From positions 1,531,562 to 1,595,561 of the forward strand of contig NW_018408322.1 in the NCBI RefSeq assembly GCF_002113885.1: a stretch of DNA of 64,000 bases, given 5' to 3'. Both the position numbers and the translations under genes were made by a program. Below, one piece after another: positions 49,591 to 62,285 of this stretch. The notes under the pieces were generated by a model. It was not told the origin of the DNA. It ran no database searches and saw nothing but the letters and a program-made list of their open reading frames with translations. Position 1 is the first letter of the stretch. The number at the start of each line of letters is the position of its first letter. Origin of the DNA: Mizuhopecten yessoensis (taxonomy: Eukaryota).

Positions 49591-50901
49591 ATGATGCAGA
49601 TTCGTTCTAAGAATACATTCATTTGAGCAGTCGTCGCTGTTCTGTAGAAAAAATAGATATACATGTGATAGGGAAGCGTTTTTAGAGGTATTTCGGATAG
49701 TGTTGCAATGTGAAAGAGTTGCTGACTTGATTGCAACGCCGAACCATTACCGTGCATCCTTTTATAGAGCAGGAACTTGCTTATCGATTCCATACAATTA
49801 TACATAGATCAGGCGTTAGTCTTACGGCAACGCTTACATTGCATACAGTGTCGTATTGTTAAACTACCCGCCAGCGTATAAGAGTCCCGATTTGTGATAT
49901 CGACACATAGACGATAAATGACTTTTGAAGAAGCTTTCGTACATTAAGCGATGAATTATAGATACTTCCAATACTAAAACATAAACAGAAGAAATGGTTT
50001 TTCACCTAACGTCATAGGTTTACATCAGATACGAACTCCATACTCCAACACAAGAAAACGCCATGTAGAGCTCACATTGCGATATAGAAGAAATCACAGA
50101 GTGTCTCACGTATTGATTTTGTTGTTCTTTTAAAATGTAATTTCAAAGAAAATCACGGAACGCGTCTCCTAAATCATTCTTATCATTTCCTGTCAGCTCG
50201 TTAACAACACACTACCAAGGCAATATTTCGTTTTTAATCTTATCGTGTATTGTTTTACATTTATTTTTGAATATCATTCTGTGTCTGTGTTGTGAGAAAT
50301 ACAATTTACAGAGAGTTTTGTTAACTGATTAACAAAAACGTTTCAAAATGATTTTAAACAGTTACTTATTTTGGACCCTTTACTTTTTCTGACAAAATTG
50401 TAAACGATTGGATTAACATACACAGGTGTATTTTGCAAAGCCTCATGTATTAAAAAATCTTTGTCATAACACAGGCGCGGCGTTTTTCCACCATTCTACT
50501 ATTATACACACAGCCAAAGTCAAGGCCCATTACAGGGTAATTACACCTGAATACGCGCCAAAGGGAATGTATGCATTTATGTATGTTAGGATAATTTGTA
50601 CGTTAATTTTTAATGTAAGTATGAATGTAAGTATAAGTATTAAAGAAGACAGTGAAAATAAAGAAATAATAACATAATTACTAGTAAGTATGAAAGAAAG
50701 TATGAGGGCCCTTTTGTATGGGGACACATGATTGTGAAGATGCTTATCCCAGGGCTTCCCATTATTGGCAGTATCTTAAATGTGCTGGGGAAGTAAAATG
50801 TTTAAAAAAAAATAAAAAAAATGTTTGTTTATTATGTTATATGTGGTATTCGAAATGTATGAGTCTTCCTTTCACTAACTTTGCACGTCGTTGGCTTTTT
50901 T

Positions 50902-51170
50902 TGCAGGTTCAGGGAAGGACAACAATCTGCTGTATCCCACTGAATGAAGTAAGAGCCTACTTATGTTAGGCCCCATGCAGAATCGGAGCTTTTCCTCCGT
51001 GTGATCTGTTTAGAAAACATCGAAGAGATCAAAATTGATCTAACGTACTCATTGCAACCCTTTTATCTCTTTCCTTTTCTTTCGTTGGTGTCTTTCCTAG
51101 GTATCCGCCCTCATTTAACCTTAGCTGTTGCAAGGACCTTAAACCCCACACGAATAAAGAAACAAATCCA
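50902..51170 (+). mobile_element. Family C short retroelement, near full length
   Basis: 5' module GCAGGTTCAGGGA..AATCTGCTG.ATCCCACTGAATGAAGTAAGAGCCTACTTATGTT; tail TTAACCTTAGCTGTTGCAAGGACCTTAAACCCC. Confidence 0.6.
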
Positions 51171-53682
51171 AGTCTTTCCAAATATTGGTATTATACCTGT
51201 ATGACATATGTACAAATCAAGAACCATCTGTTGTACAATTATCGTTATCAAGACGATTTTACTTTGTTGAATATTGTTTCAATACAATTGTTTGTTACAA
51301 CAAATTGTCGGTTTTTTTCTTACATAGTTTAAAAAAAAAAACTCGCCTTATATAAATCTCTTGTGTGTAGTTGTGTTGAGCGTAAACGTGACTTCTGCAT
51401 CTAGTGGCGCGTCTAGGTTGTTTATAATTCTAGGAGCGGCTTGGCACAGACTATGTTAACACAGATTGTGGAAAGGAACATTGAGTGTTAAAGCTGAGTT
51501 GGTAAGGAGCAGATGCCATTCTCGAACGATCTAGTAATGTTTGCAAATTCAACGACTTTAATACTGTACTCCGTTTACCTTTTGTTTGCTAGGATTCTGT
51601 ATACCCCATTTTCTGTTTACTGCTAATTCAGTTAAACGTTAAAACCGATTTGTCTATCATAAGCATTTTCAGTGTTCAGGTTATACGTAAATCACAACAA
51701 CAACAATTTAGGTGTTATCTCTGTAGGTTGCGGACTAAAAAATACCTGCCGTAATCGATTGCATGTTGAAAGAAGCAACTAATTTGTGCCAACTAAATTT
51801 GTGGATATGTTCTTTCATGACCTCTTCTTAGAGAACTGAAAGCGATGGATAGGCGATTGATTGCACTACCTATTACAAGTGTATAACATTTTGGATAATT
51901 TCTTTCTTTCTGACTCATTTCTCCTTCTTTGAATGTAAGTATGAATCCTAGAAATTCCTTTAAATCGGCTGAGTGATTAAAAGTAGAATGATAAAAAAAA
52001 TATAATATAAAGTCATGTTTACTACATGTACCACCGACAATATGAGCTGTGATGTTCAAAAAAATGGTTAGAATATCGGTTGCTCCATTTTATTACTGAC
52101 TTCACGTAAAATATAGGCAGAAATTGTACTGAACTTGTCCTTTCTTGTAGTTACCGATCGTGAGACTATCTCGCAGACAGTATAGACAAATCAGGTAGGG
52201 TTTTAGAATGTGTGGCTTAGAAAAATATTTAATAGAAAATATCTGCGTTTTGTTTTGGTATAATAAAGCAGTTAAATTATGGGATTACGGGATATAGCAA
52301 GTTTGTGGTTCCTCTCGGACAGATCTTTCACACGCATTTTCATTTTGGTACATTACAATGATCTCCGCGAACTAAGAACAGGTTAAATACATTAAACTGT
52401 TATCGTAATTGAACTATTCGTTTAACAATATTTTATAATAAATAAGTTTCAGAAATATTACAATTATTTAAATACAATTTGAAATGTTTAGTGCCAATGA
52501 AAAAAGAAGAAGTGCAAAAGACAATGAAATGTGTCTATCTATTGAGACTAACAGTACATAACGTCAATATATACTGACGCCTATAGTACAGTGAATAACG
52601 CAGCTAGGGTTGGTAAACCAAAGCATGATAAATATGTTGTGCACATCACAGAAATAAAAATTATCAATTGGGATTGAAATAGATGATCGACTTTAAACGA
52701 CAAACTGGGTTCTCGTTTAGAACGGTATGAGATACCAATTATTCTCCCTATCCATGGAACAACCTTTCGCTAGAAGTTCGCTGAAATCCATTAATTTCCT
52801 ATGATATAGCTGAAGTCGATGCCTAGGCAGTCTCCATGTAGCAAGTCGTACAGATAGATTATAACAAAATGTTTTCAATTTCCAGGCGTCTGCAAAGATT
52901 ATAAGATATGAAGGAATTAAAGTTCATAAAAAGCGCTCTGTAAATCTCACAGTAACTTTAGATAACTAAAATGTAAGATATGGCGCATGAATTGAAAACA
53001 AGTATATACACATCACGATCGATTCATACCCACGCAGGAAAATGAAGATTCTCTAATTGACTTCCTCTGCTAATGAAACCATTATACCGTCATTGTCGGT
53101 GTCGATAATTCATGGGGGTGTAAAGGTGATTCTGTTTTATGTCAGCAGAGTTAAAAAAAAACTAGAGCACAATATAGAAAATGTTTTTACAAATGGGTAA
53201 GCGTTATCGCAAGAAGGCAAACACAAACATATATTGCCTCCAGCACATATGCAATGAACACACACACACGAATAATAAAGAAGTGTGTTTAATTTACCCT
53301 TGATATCAATAGAATGCTAGACGCTATACATGAAACTGTAGTTAATATAAGGAGCTTGTACGACGGGTTTGTACTTGACGAAATTGAGAAAATAGTTTAA
53401 AGCAAAAAAAAACAAAAAAACGAAAAAAGAAATATTCCTTAAACGAAAACCCTCCAGAAAACAAACAAAACTGTACTGAATTAAACATCCTTATTTATGA
53501 TCTATTCCAATCAAAAACATGTTTCGCAAATTTGCGGAGATTTGTTATCCTATCACAATTAATTTTATTGATGTTCATAGGATGAAAACAGAAATAGATT
53601 TTTTTAAATGTAGTCCCCCAAAGGGACTGTGCTTAAATAAAGAAAAAAAATATTTTGTTTTAGGCTAAGGGTTAAGGGTTAG

Positions 53683-54143
53683 TTTTTGTATTGGTTCACG
53701 GCCAAATCGGCAATATAAGTCATTTACGGTCCAACGACACTTAAAATAGACATTCACAAAAATAATTACATTAAACTAAAGACAAAAAGGCTAACATGTG
53801 TACAAATGTTCGACGACATCAACAGCAAATGAATTAGTTATATAATATATCGTAACTTATCATAAAGAACGATTAAGAGTACATGTAAATACTCACATAT
53901 CGATTGTACAGTAACTGTGTCAAATAAACTTATTATAAATGGTAGATTACATGACCTGTCACGTATTTGTTTGACATCAACGCATTCAATCATAAAACGT
54001 TTGACTGTAAATGGCTGATCCCATGAATGGTAATAAGGTTTGTCTTTCTTACGTAAAATGTAACTTGTGTGATGTAGGTATTGCCTATGCGTAGTGGCGA
54101 GAGGCCACATTCCTTTCTGTGTTCTGCTCTGATTGTTGCCCAT
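53683..54143 (-). mobile_element. I/Nimb-clade LINE 3' end
   Basis: Encodes SYILRKKDKPYYHSWDQPFTVKRFMIECVDVKQIRDR...SLFDTV; same family as 33645-33985. Confidence 0.8.
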
Positions 54144-55693
54144 GCACCTACATTACGTTGAACTGTTGAAAGTTTGTTGAAGGTTGAAGGTTTAAACTCT
54201 GAATAAGCGGTTAGTATTGAAATAATGGTGTTTTATTCCTGTTCAGTGAATGCAATTTTTAATCAAATGGATAGCGCGTTGAACTATTGTAAAAGTGTAC
54301 CTTTCTTTTGTAAACGAAGTGTTTTAATATTAGTTTTAGTAAGAATTGTTTTATCGAAACTAATAAAAGTTTCACGTGTTTATGCTTTGTCCTGCTGTAA
54401 TATGACTTAACCATTTGCATTTAATTGTGTTAGAGAATTTCAAATTAATGAAACTTCAAACTTCTCTTCGTCAACTTTACAATACTTGGTATCCTCGACA
54501 TGATATTTCATAAAGGTAGCACATGCTTAAATGACCCTAGCTAAATGACACAAAACCCTATACATTACAACCAGTATATTTTCTTTGTGAAACGAATAAT
54601 TGTATTTGCTAAATTAGTACGATTCATTTTACATGGATGGCACATAACGTTCGTCATGATTGGTAAACGGTAGTCAAAGTGCATTGCCAATCATTATAAC
54701 TCATTTAGAGATCTTTTGGATCTCTAATTTTTTTTCTAATATTTTTATAGTTGTTTTCCCCAGCCACATGACTTCACATGTCTTACATACTGAAATGACG
54801 TTAACTCCGAAAGAACCTGTCAACGGCCCTGACATGTTCATGAATTTGGCAGAAGACAACATGATTACTGACAATGAACTTTCTGGAAAGCCTCCTGACG
54901 ACTATAACGTTTATTGGAGGTTGCGAGTTTCTCCTTCAGTCCTGTTGTGGTCTGCTCGTATCGACTCTACGGACCAATTTTCTACAAAACTATATGATGT
55001 TTTTATACCTTGTCCTTGGCCTACACATTATCGCGTTACGTTCAAATTGTAGGCAATGGTAACTCTTCTCCATGGATATCCCACTCGTTCAATTACCCTC
55101 ACATACTACTAGTCGCCTTACGACATTGCTGTTGCGGGGACATCAAACCCCACCCAAATAAACAAACAAATAGATTGACCAGAATTTTCCATGTGATGTG
55201 CCTGACAAGGAGAGCTGATATATAATACCATTTGACCGTTATGAAAACACCACAGGACGTAAGAAGTTTGTTAATGGCACTCGTTTTGGTCTATAGCTGC
55301 CCTTCACCTGGTTGTTCACACCTCGACGAGTTACGTAAGTGCCCCGGTTGGGGGAAAACCATGGTCAAAGAATATGTACAAAGTGGCAATGTTTACCTGT
55401 ATATAAGTCCGTTTCCATCTGTGTTGTAATTTATATGTGATGATTTGGGTCGTTTTGATAAACACCGAAAACGCCATTTCTAAATTTAAGAACACATGGA
55501 TAGAAATATTGCCTTATTAATGTTGCTAGAATATAGAAACAAACTTAAAACAACTAAGTTCATATGTTCAAACACCAAACCGTATATATTGTTAGCGCAC
55601 AACGTTCGTCTTTCGTACGTACAAATGTGCGCAAGCAATTATCATGCATAATTGTAGAGTACAACGTGAAACGAAATGCGTTCCCACAACTGT

Positions 55694-56564
55694 AACAAAA
55701 GGCCCAGAGAGCTTTATCTTTCACCTGGATATATGTTTAAAGTAAAGCGGTCAATTTGTTTTAATGATTAGATCCTTATAGTAACAGGCACTACAAAACA
55801 ACTTGATGAAGACGACATTTGGATAAAATCTTGAATCCCTATTGTAGTAGAAGGATTTCAACGGTTCTACCTCTATTCCCATATTGGGCCCCATCCATCT
55901 GCCCCCAGGGGGGCAACAACTACCGTTTATACAAAACTGAGTCCCCTTGGATCAAGGATGCTCCAGACTAAATAAGAATAAAATCACGTTTCGCTATGGT
56001 AGGAGAAGGATTTTAAAGGTTTTACCTCTATTTCCCTTATTTGGCCCCGCTTCTCTGCCCCGAGTAGAACCACACCCTCCTTTATACAATAGTAAGTGTC
56101 GTTTGCCTAAGGATACTTCAGACCAAATTGGAATAAAATCCATAAATCCCTGTGGCAGAAGAAGGATTTTAAAGGTTTTCCTCTATTTTCCCTATTTGGC
56201 CTTACCGCTCCGACCCCCGTGGGGCCACACCTACCGTTTACACAAAACTGAGTCCCCTTGGACCAAGGATGCTCCAAACTAAATAAGAATAACATCCTTA
56301 ATCCCTATGTTAGAAGAAGGATTTTAAAGGTTTTACCTCTATTTCCCCTATTAGGCCTGGCCCTACTGCCCCCAGTGCGGCCATACCCAACGTTCATACA
56401 GAATTGAGTGCCCTCGACCCAAGAGTGTTCCCGACCAAATGTAGTAAAAATCTACTGGGTTGTTCAGGACTAGTGTTTTAAAGGAAAAGTTGACGGACGG
56501 ACGGACGGACGACGGACGCTTCGCCATGGCATAAGCTCACTTTTCCGTCGGGCAGGTGCGCTTA
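55694..56564. mobile_element. Helentron-associated non-autonomous element (HINE) with ~155-bp tandem array
   Basis: Begins AACAAAAGGCCC..TTCACCTGG; units start GGATTT..AGGTTTTACCTCTATT at ~55853, 56009, 56164, 56319; (GGAC)n 56492-56518; terminal stem TAAGCTCAC...CAGGTGCGCTTA. Confidence 0.85.
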
Positions 56565-56879
56565 TAACGGACGTTTTATATTTGAAAAAAATAATTTCTG
56601 AATCCAATAACACGATGTTTATGAATAATGCCCCCACTTTAAATGTTGTTCTTCCAAGTAAAGACATAAACGAGCAGACATTTACTGATAAATATAAACT
56701 TTAGTAATTGTAGTTAATATTTTGGCACTAACCATTTATGACTGAAACGAAAATAAGATACAGTTGTGGGATTGCAAAAAAAACGTTCCCTTCATCTAAT
56801 TCATTCCTTATGTATTATCTAAACATCTGCTATTAAGCCAATTCGAGAAATATCCTGGCGTTTTAAAATATTTCAGTTG

Positions 56880-57200
56880 CCCCCTTCCTGACTGGTTAAA
56901 GGAGAGCAAAACAATCTGTATAGCACTACATGTTATCATAAAATTCCACTACTGTAAGGTCTTGCGCGGAATAGGGGAATTTCTATATTATGTGCTGCTT
57001 AGAGGATATCAAAAATCCTCAAATTGATTTGCTTCCCCAAATGCAACACTTCCGACCTTTATTTATGAAAGTTTTTTTTTGTCTCTATTTTATTTATATC
57101 TTTTTCCTTTCGGCGGTGTCAACCCGGGGGGCATCCGACCTCCTATAACCGTAGAGGTTGCAAGAACATTAAAGCTCGAACAAATTACAAAAAGAACAAA
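56880..57200 (+). mobile_element. Degenerate family C retroelement
   Basis: TTTCGGCGGTGTC..GGCATCCGACCTC.TATAACCGTAG.GGTTGCAAGAACATTAAA 3' part matches 51080-51145. Confidence 0.5.
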
Positions 57201-58569
57201 ACACCGTTCTACACGTTAGACAGAACATCAACACTTCATGCTTTGGTAAGTGCTAATTTAGTGGATATGTGGTTGATATTAAATATCGTTGCAACAGCTT
57301 AAGTCATAAGAAGACGCAAAGACGTTCATAAACAAAGGGTAGAGCAGACAGAATTGACAATATACAGATTCCAAGTTTTGCCATTGGGGCAGCAGATCAA
57401 TAAGCAGAATACACAATAGAAATCCAAAGATTATGCAGGTGGTCTTTTAGTAGTCGTCTTTTACGACAGGTGGACGGAGATTAGCAGGCAAACCCCTCCC
57501 TGAACCTACTGGGGTAGGTAAGTGGCGTGTATTATGTTTGAGACTGGAAAAGGACACCAAGATATAAAAATGTACATTCCAACATACGCCAGAGGTTGGC
57601 TATGAATAGTGGAATTGATTACTTGTATTTGATATATATTTCAAACTAAGTCAAGAATTATATGAAATGCAGACGGTCCCTAGAGCAAATTATTAATTAT
57701 ATTGTCATTGATGATACTAGAGACGACTTGCATATTGAATCTCTATCGACTTTTCAGACAAAAAGGGATGACTATTATGTCTGATGTAACATTTATTCCG
57801 CAGTGATTGGTCAAAAGAAACCAAGTGATTTGCCCAGGACACTGCAACACTCGTGTATTAATCGCATACTTTTTATTAGGTTAAATACATGTATTTGCCT
57901 TGTTTGAGGGTAACATGAATATGTATCTCTTCAATAGGAATTATTACTCAAGGTAAAAACCTAAAGGGTTAACATAATCATCCAAGAAAATCCTCATCTT
58001 AAGAAAACCACAAAATAATACAGGTTCTCATAAAAAATAATGAATAAGAAGAAATTCAAAACAATTCAACAAATTTACACATTCTTTTACAGCTTTTATA
58101 TGAATAACAAGGGAGGGGTCCGTTTGTTTTTGTTATTCCGATAAGAGTTAAACATCAGCTGTTTCATCAACAAAAACGTTCATGCACTAGGCAGCTACTG
58201 GAAATCACTTTGCTATTCTTTTTTATATATTTACCATCGAAAGGAATTTTATTTTGTTTATTCTATATAAAATATACATATACACGTTTTAGTTTTATGC
58301 ACACACAAACACACACACACATATATATATAATAGTCATTGACATAAAATGAAAAAGACAATAAGAACGATGTCGCAAAGACAAAAATTGAAAGGTGACT
58401 CAATGGAGGAGACGCGAAGACTAAACACGACGTAACGAACCTACATAGATTTCGGAAGAGAAACAGCTGGCTCCGAACGGGTTCTGCATCTAATTAGGAA
58501 CCACATATGGAAGTGAACTTTAGTTTTTGAAGATACAAAATTGTAAATGAGGTCATTTAGTGATGACTA

Positions 58570-59340
58570 CTTTTGTTTTCGTTTTACGGCCCATCGACAA
58601 TTGCAAGTCACTTAGGGTCATAGCGCACTGTTAAAAACTTTCACAAAGATGTATACTTCAGGCTAAATAAAGACAAGTTGAAAAATGTAAAAGGTGTAAA
58701 AATTCACCAGTAGCAACCGAATGGGTTATCAACTATATTATATCTTATTGTCAATTGAGTCTACTTAGAAAGATTAATTTAAAACACACACAAGTGATGG
58801 CAACACCTTCAAAAGAAATGGTAATGGATGCAGTATGATTTAATGAATTACACTGCATCATTAGTTGATATATCCTTTTAGGACTCATTGGTGATGCTTA
58901 GTGGACCAACAGGGGCTAATCCAAATTGGCTTAACTACTTTTAAAACAGAAGGTGAGGAGCAAAACAACCCTTCATTTATAAAGTTCAAATTTAGAGGTG
59001 TGCTTTTCAATATAAAGTCGGTTACTCGTTTGTTTAAAATCAGCTCGCTGAATCATAAAATGTTTGACTGTAAATGGTTGATCACATGCATGACAATAAG
59101 GTTGGTCATCCTTACGTAAAATGTAACCATGTGTGATGTAGTTTTACGCAGTCACGAAAGGACCACTTCTTCTATGCCCTACTTAATGCACATAAACCCA
59201 CATTGGGTTGAATTGCAAAAAAAATGTATTGTTAATTTCTTCAGTCCTTTGACTTATTCTGGAAATACCGGGTATCTAAAACATGATCAGGGGGCAATCA
59301 TAATCCTAAAATCCTGTTAATGCGAATGGCAACTGCAAAG
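58570..59340 (-). mobile_element. I/Nimb-clade LINE 3' region, interrupted and decayed
   Basis: ~59020-59140 encodes YITHGYILRKDDQPYCHACDQPFTVKHFMIQRADFKQ (CCHC knuckle); tail TTTTACGGCCCATCGACAATTGCAAGTCACTTAGGG at ~58582-58617. Outer boundary approximate. Confidence 0.75.
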
Positions 59341-61516
59341 TTTCCTAAACTTGGTTTGACGCCAGATCGAAAACGTTTGGAAAATAGGTAACTTGCCAAT
59401 AGGACGAATATAAAAAACAATGGGACAGGCTCTTATATAGCATATAAACTACGGCGTGTGAAGCTGTTAAGAATTTGAAGGCGTAGATATTATTTCAGTG
59501 GAACGTTAAGGATCGTGAAATTGAAATGTATGATATATGTTTGCATCTTCGATCGCCTACTGTATTTGGGTTCAGCATGAAGATTGATGAAATACAGTTC
59601 GTACGTACGATTTAAGAGTCGTACGGGTTACATCAGAGTTTATATATAAAGTTGGGACGAGTGAATAGTTTCGAGATGTTCTATAGATTTTAGCAGAAAC
59701 AAACCTTGTTGCACATACTGTATTCATATTATTTTTTCTTCTTTAATTTGCTTGTTTTCATGTCCCCCGAGAACACAAACACGGTTTAAAATAAGTTTGT
59801 TTTTGGTATTTTGTGCCTCTCTCAAATAACTTTTTCACGCTGTAATGTTTTACTCGGATATACCTTCCACATTCACACTAGCGAGGGTGAATGGGCTGCT
59901 CCTCCCCCCATTTCCAAAATCCAAGACAAAACAAAATCGTTTCTACTGTAAATTACTAACATATGCCTGATTTGAATGGGTTGCGGTATGAGCTGCACCT
60001 CGTTGTTAGTTCTGTGTCCAGGGTACTGGTATTTCAGCGAAAAGGCACTTTCAAGCTTCAGTTTTTTCGATATCTTTATTACCAAAACAACCTTTCTGAA
60101 TTTGCTTTTTTCTTCATATACATTTTATCTCTTTATATTGCCACGTCTTTATACCGCTCCCAGGAAGGTGACGTCGAAATGTGACGGATGAACATGAACG
60201 GAATACTAATGCTATACATTTGATATGGGACAAACTAAATTTTCTGTATGTTCCTGCTGTAAATACTACTCAGTTAAATGTCTATTAACCGCTCCTACAG
60301 TATTGCCTGTTTTCCTCAAAGGTTATGATTGTTATTATTGTAATTAACGATGATTGATTCATAACAAATATTTGGAATGCTGTCCTGTACTTTCAAGCTG
60401 GATTGTTTTATCATTTTTAATTTGACAAAGAGAGTGCAAGTATTGTAATAAGTGCAGTTAATGCTTCAATCAATGTCAGAAACGTGTTTGAAAACTACAA
60501 TCTGGAGTTTCCCTGGGGACAAATATTCTATATGGAAATGTCAGTCGCTCTTATCTAGGAAGAATATATATATATGCAACAACACAGCTAAGATATTTTA
60601 CGGACAAGTGTTAAGACAGGAATTTAAACCGTGATGTATTTATTGCAGAAACGCCCGACGTAGAAGTAACGTACCCTGTAGATTCCGGACATCGCCAGAC
60701 CATACAATAAATATTGCACCCTAGCAGACGAGACACATAAACAAGAGTTAGTTTAAAGCATGCCATCGATCGCGATTTAGCATGGATGTGTGGATGTAAT
60801 GTCACTCCTGGTCTATATCAAACCGCCAATAGACGAAGCTCAGCCAAAACAACCGCTAAACAAATTTACTACCAATCCAGGAAGTAACACACCAGTGTTA
60901 AGCCATTGAAATTCCTTTTGTATTTAATTGAGTACACTTCATTGAAATACTCAATAGCATCTTCCTAGTTTCATATTCAACTGTGTTTTAAAAGGAGATA
61001 TGTAAACATGGTGGCATTATTTAAAAGTTATTCAAAGTCCTCTAGGAAATAAGGAATCAGACAAACTTGATTCCAAAAGCTATCTCAGACTAATAAAATA
61101 GAAGTTTCATCAATCTTAAGTAGAAATAGACCAGCTTTTGAATCGTTGTTTATATACTTTAGAAGGTCAGGCAATTATTTAAGTCATTTCTTGACTGGAG
61201 GAATTTTATGGGCGAAATCATATCAGTTAAACTATAATGGAATAAGAAGATTTCTATATGAGGAGGTATTTGTATAATGCAACAGTAATTTTCAATGTTA
61301 ATGCTCCCCAGCGATGCTCAAAAATGAATGTTCACGTAAAAGAAACGGTCATAACTTAGTTTTACTATTATTATCATTATCAGGTTTATCGTTCTATTAA
61401 TAGCTAAGGACAACTAATGAAATGCTACTATGTGTGTAATGTATGCTGTCATTGTGTTATGTAATCTTAGCTAGATGAGATATTCAATTATATTATCAAT
61501 CAATGTAATTTTTTTG

Positions 61517-61995
61517 AAGATCCTATCCATCCACCCTTTTACTTGTTTTCTGTCAACTTCTAACTACCTTTTATTTAATAACGCCTTGCTTGGCAACACC
61601 TCACTTTTGGCTTTAATGTTGATCGTTCGTCCAGGTAAGGAAGGCAATGGGTTCTGTCCCCAAGCCGGGACATACCAAAGGCCTTAAAAATGGCAGTTGT
61701 TATTCCCTGCTTAACGTTCAGTATTTAGGGAAATGACAACAGCTGGTTCACCCATTGTCAGTATATTGTGACCGGGCGGAATGCTGTGCTGGGTTCCTTC
61801 GGCATGGTATTTCAGTGAGATAGGACTATAAAGTCGGCATCAGATCTGCGCTATCACAAAAAGCCAAGCACCCCAACATACCATGTCTCCTGCATACACA
61901 CACGCAAACACGTATACACTACACACATAGAGGCAAGCCTTAAATTACCTTAGCTGTTAAAAGGACGTTAAACAAAATTAGAGCTGAACCAAACC
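61517..61995 (+). mobile_element. Meta-domain SINE (family B), near full length
   Basis: Pyrimidine-rich leader, degenerate tRNA region, Meta-like TTGTCAGTATATTGTGACCGGGCGG..TTTCAGTGAGATAGGACTATAAA, tail CCTTAGCTGTTAAAAGGACGTTAAACAAAA. Confidence 0.85.
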
Positions 61996-62094
61996 TTGTT
62001 GTCAAAGCATATTTGACACAAATATTATAATGTTTTACGACGTTAACCAACATTACAATAATTTGGCAATCATTATATCGTTTGAAGTCACAGT

Positions 62095-62285
62095 CAGCCC
62101 GTTGTCATTATAATGTAACCGGATGGAATCAAGTGTTGGGTGCCTTGGTATTTCTGTCAGGTTACCCTCTAAATTCGGCATCACATGCATACTATCGCAA
62201 AGAGGCAAATACACAAGCACACCTGCATAAATTAAAAACGGAGCAAAGTCCTTAAATGATATTAGCTGTAAGCTAAACGCTAAAC
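62095..62285 (+). mobile_element. Degenerate family B SINE fragment
   Basis: CCCGTTGTCATTATAATGTAACCGG..TCGGCATCA..CTATCGCAAAGAGGCA..GTCCTTAAATGA. Confidence 0.65.

Noticed and set aside
52151-52194. Plus-strand exon-like segment (TTTCTTGTAG|...CAG|GTAGGG)
   Set aside because: Splice-like signals only; the peptide is unrecognisable and no companion exons were found.
54660-55052. 130-aa plus-strand ORF with a possible acceptor at ~54762
   Set aside because: No recognisable motif, matching donor or partner exons.
57780-57990. Possible third Crypton-like relic (TGATTGGTCA, GAGGGTAACATGAATAT)
   Set aside because: Too decayed to verify a hairpin or termini; the same applies to ~18915-19025.
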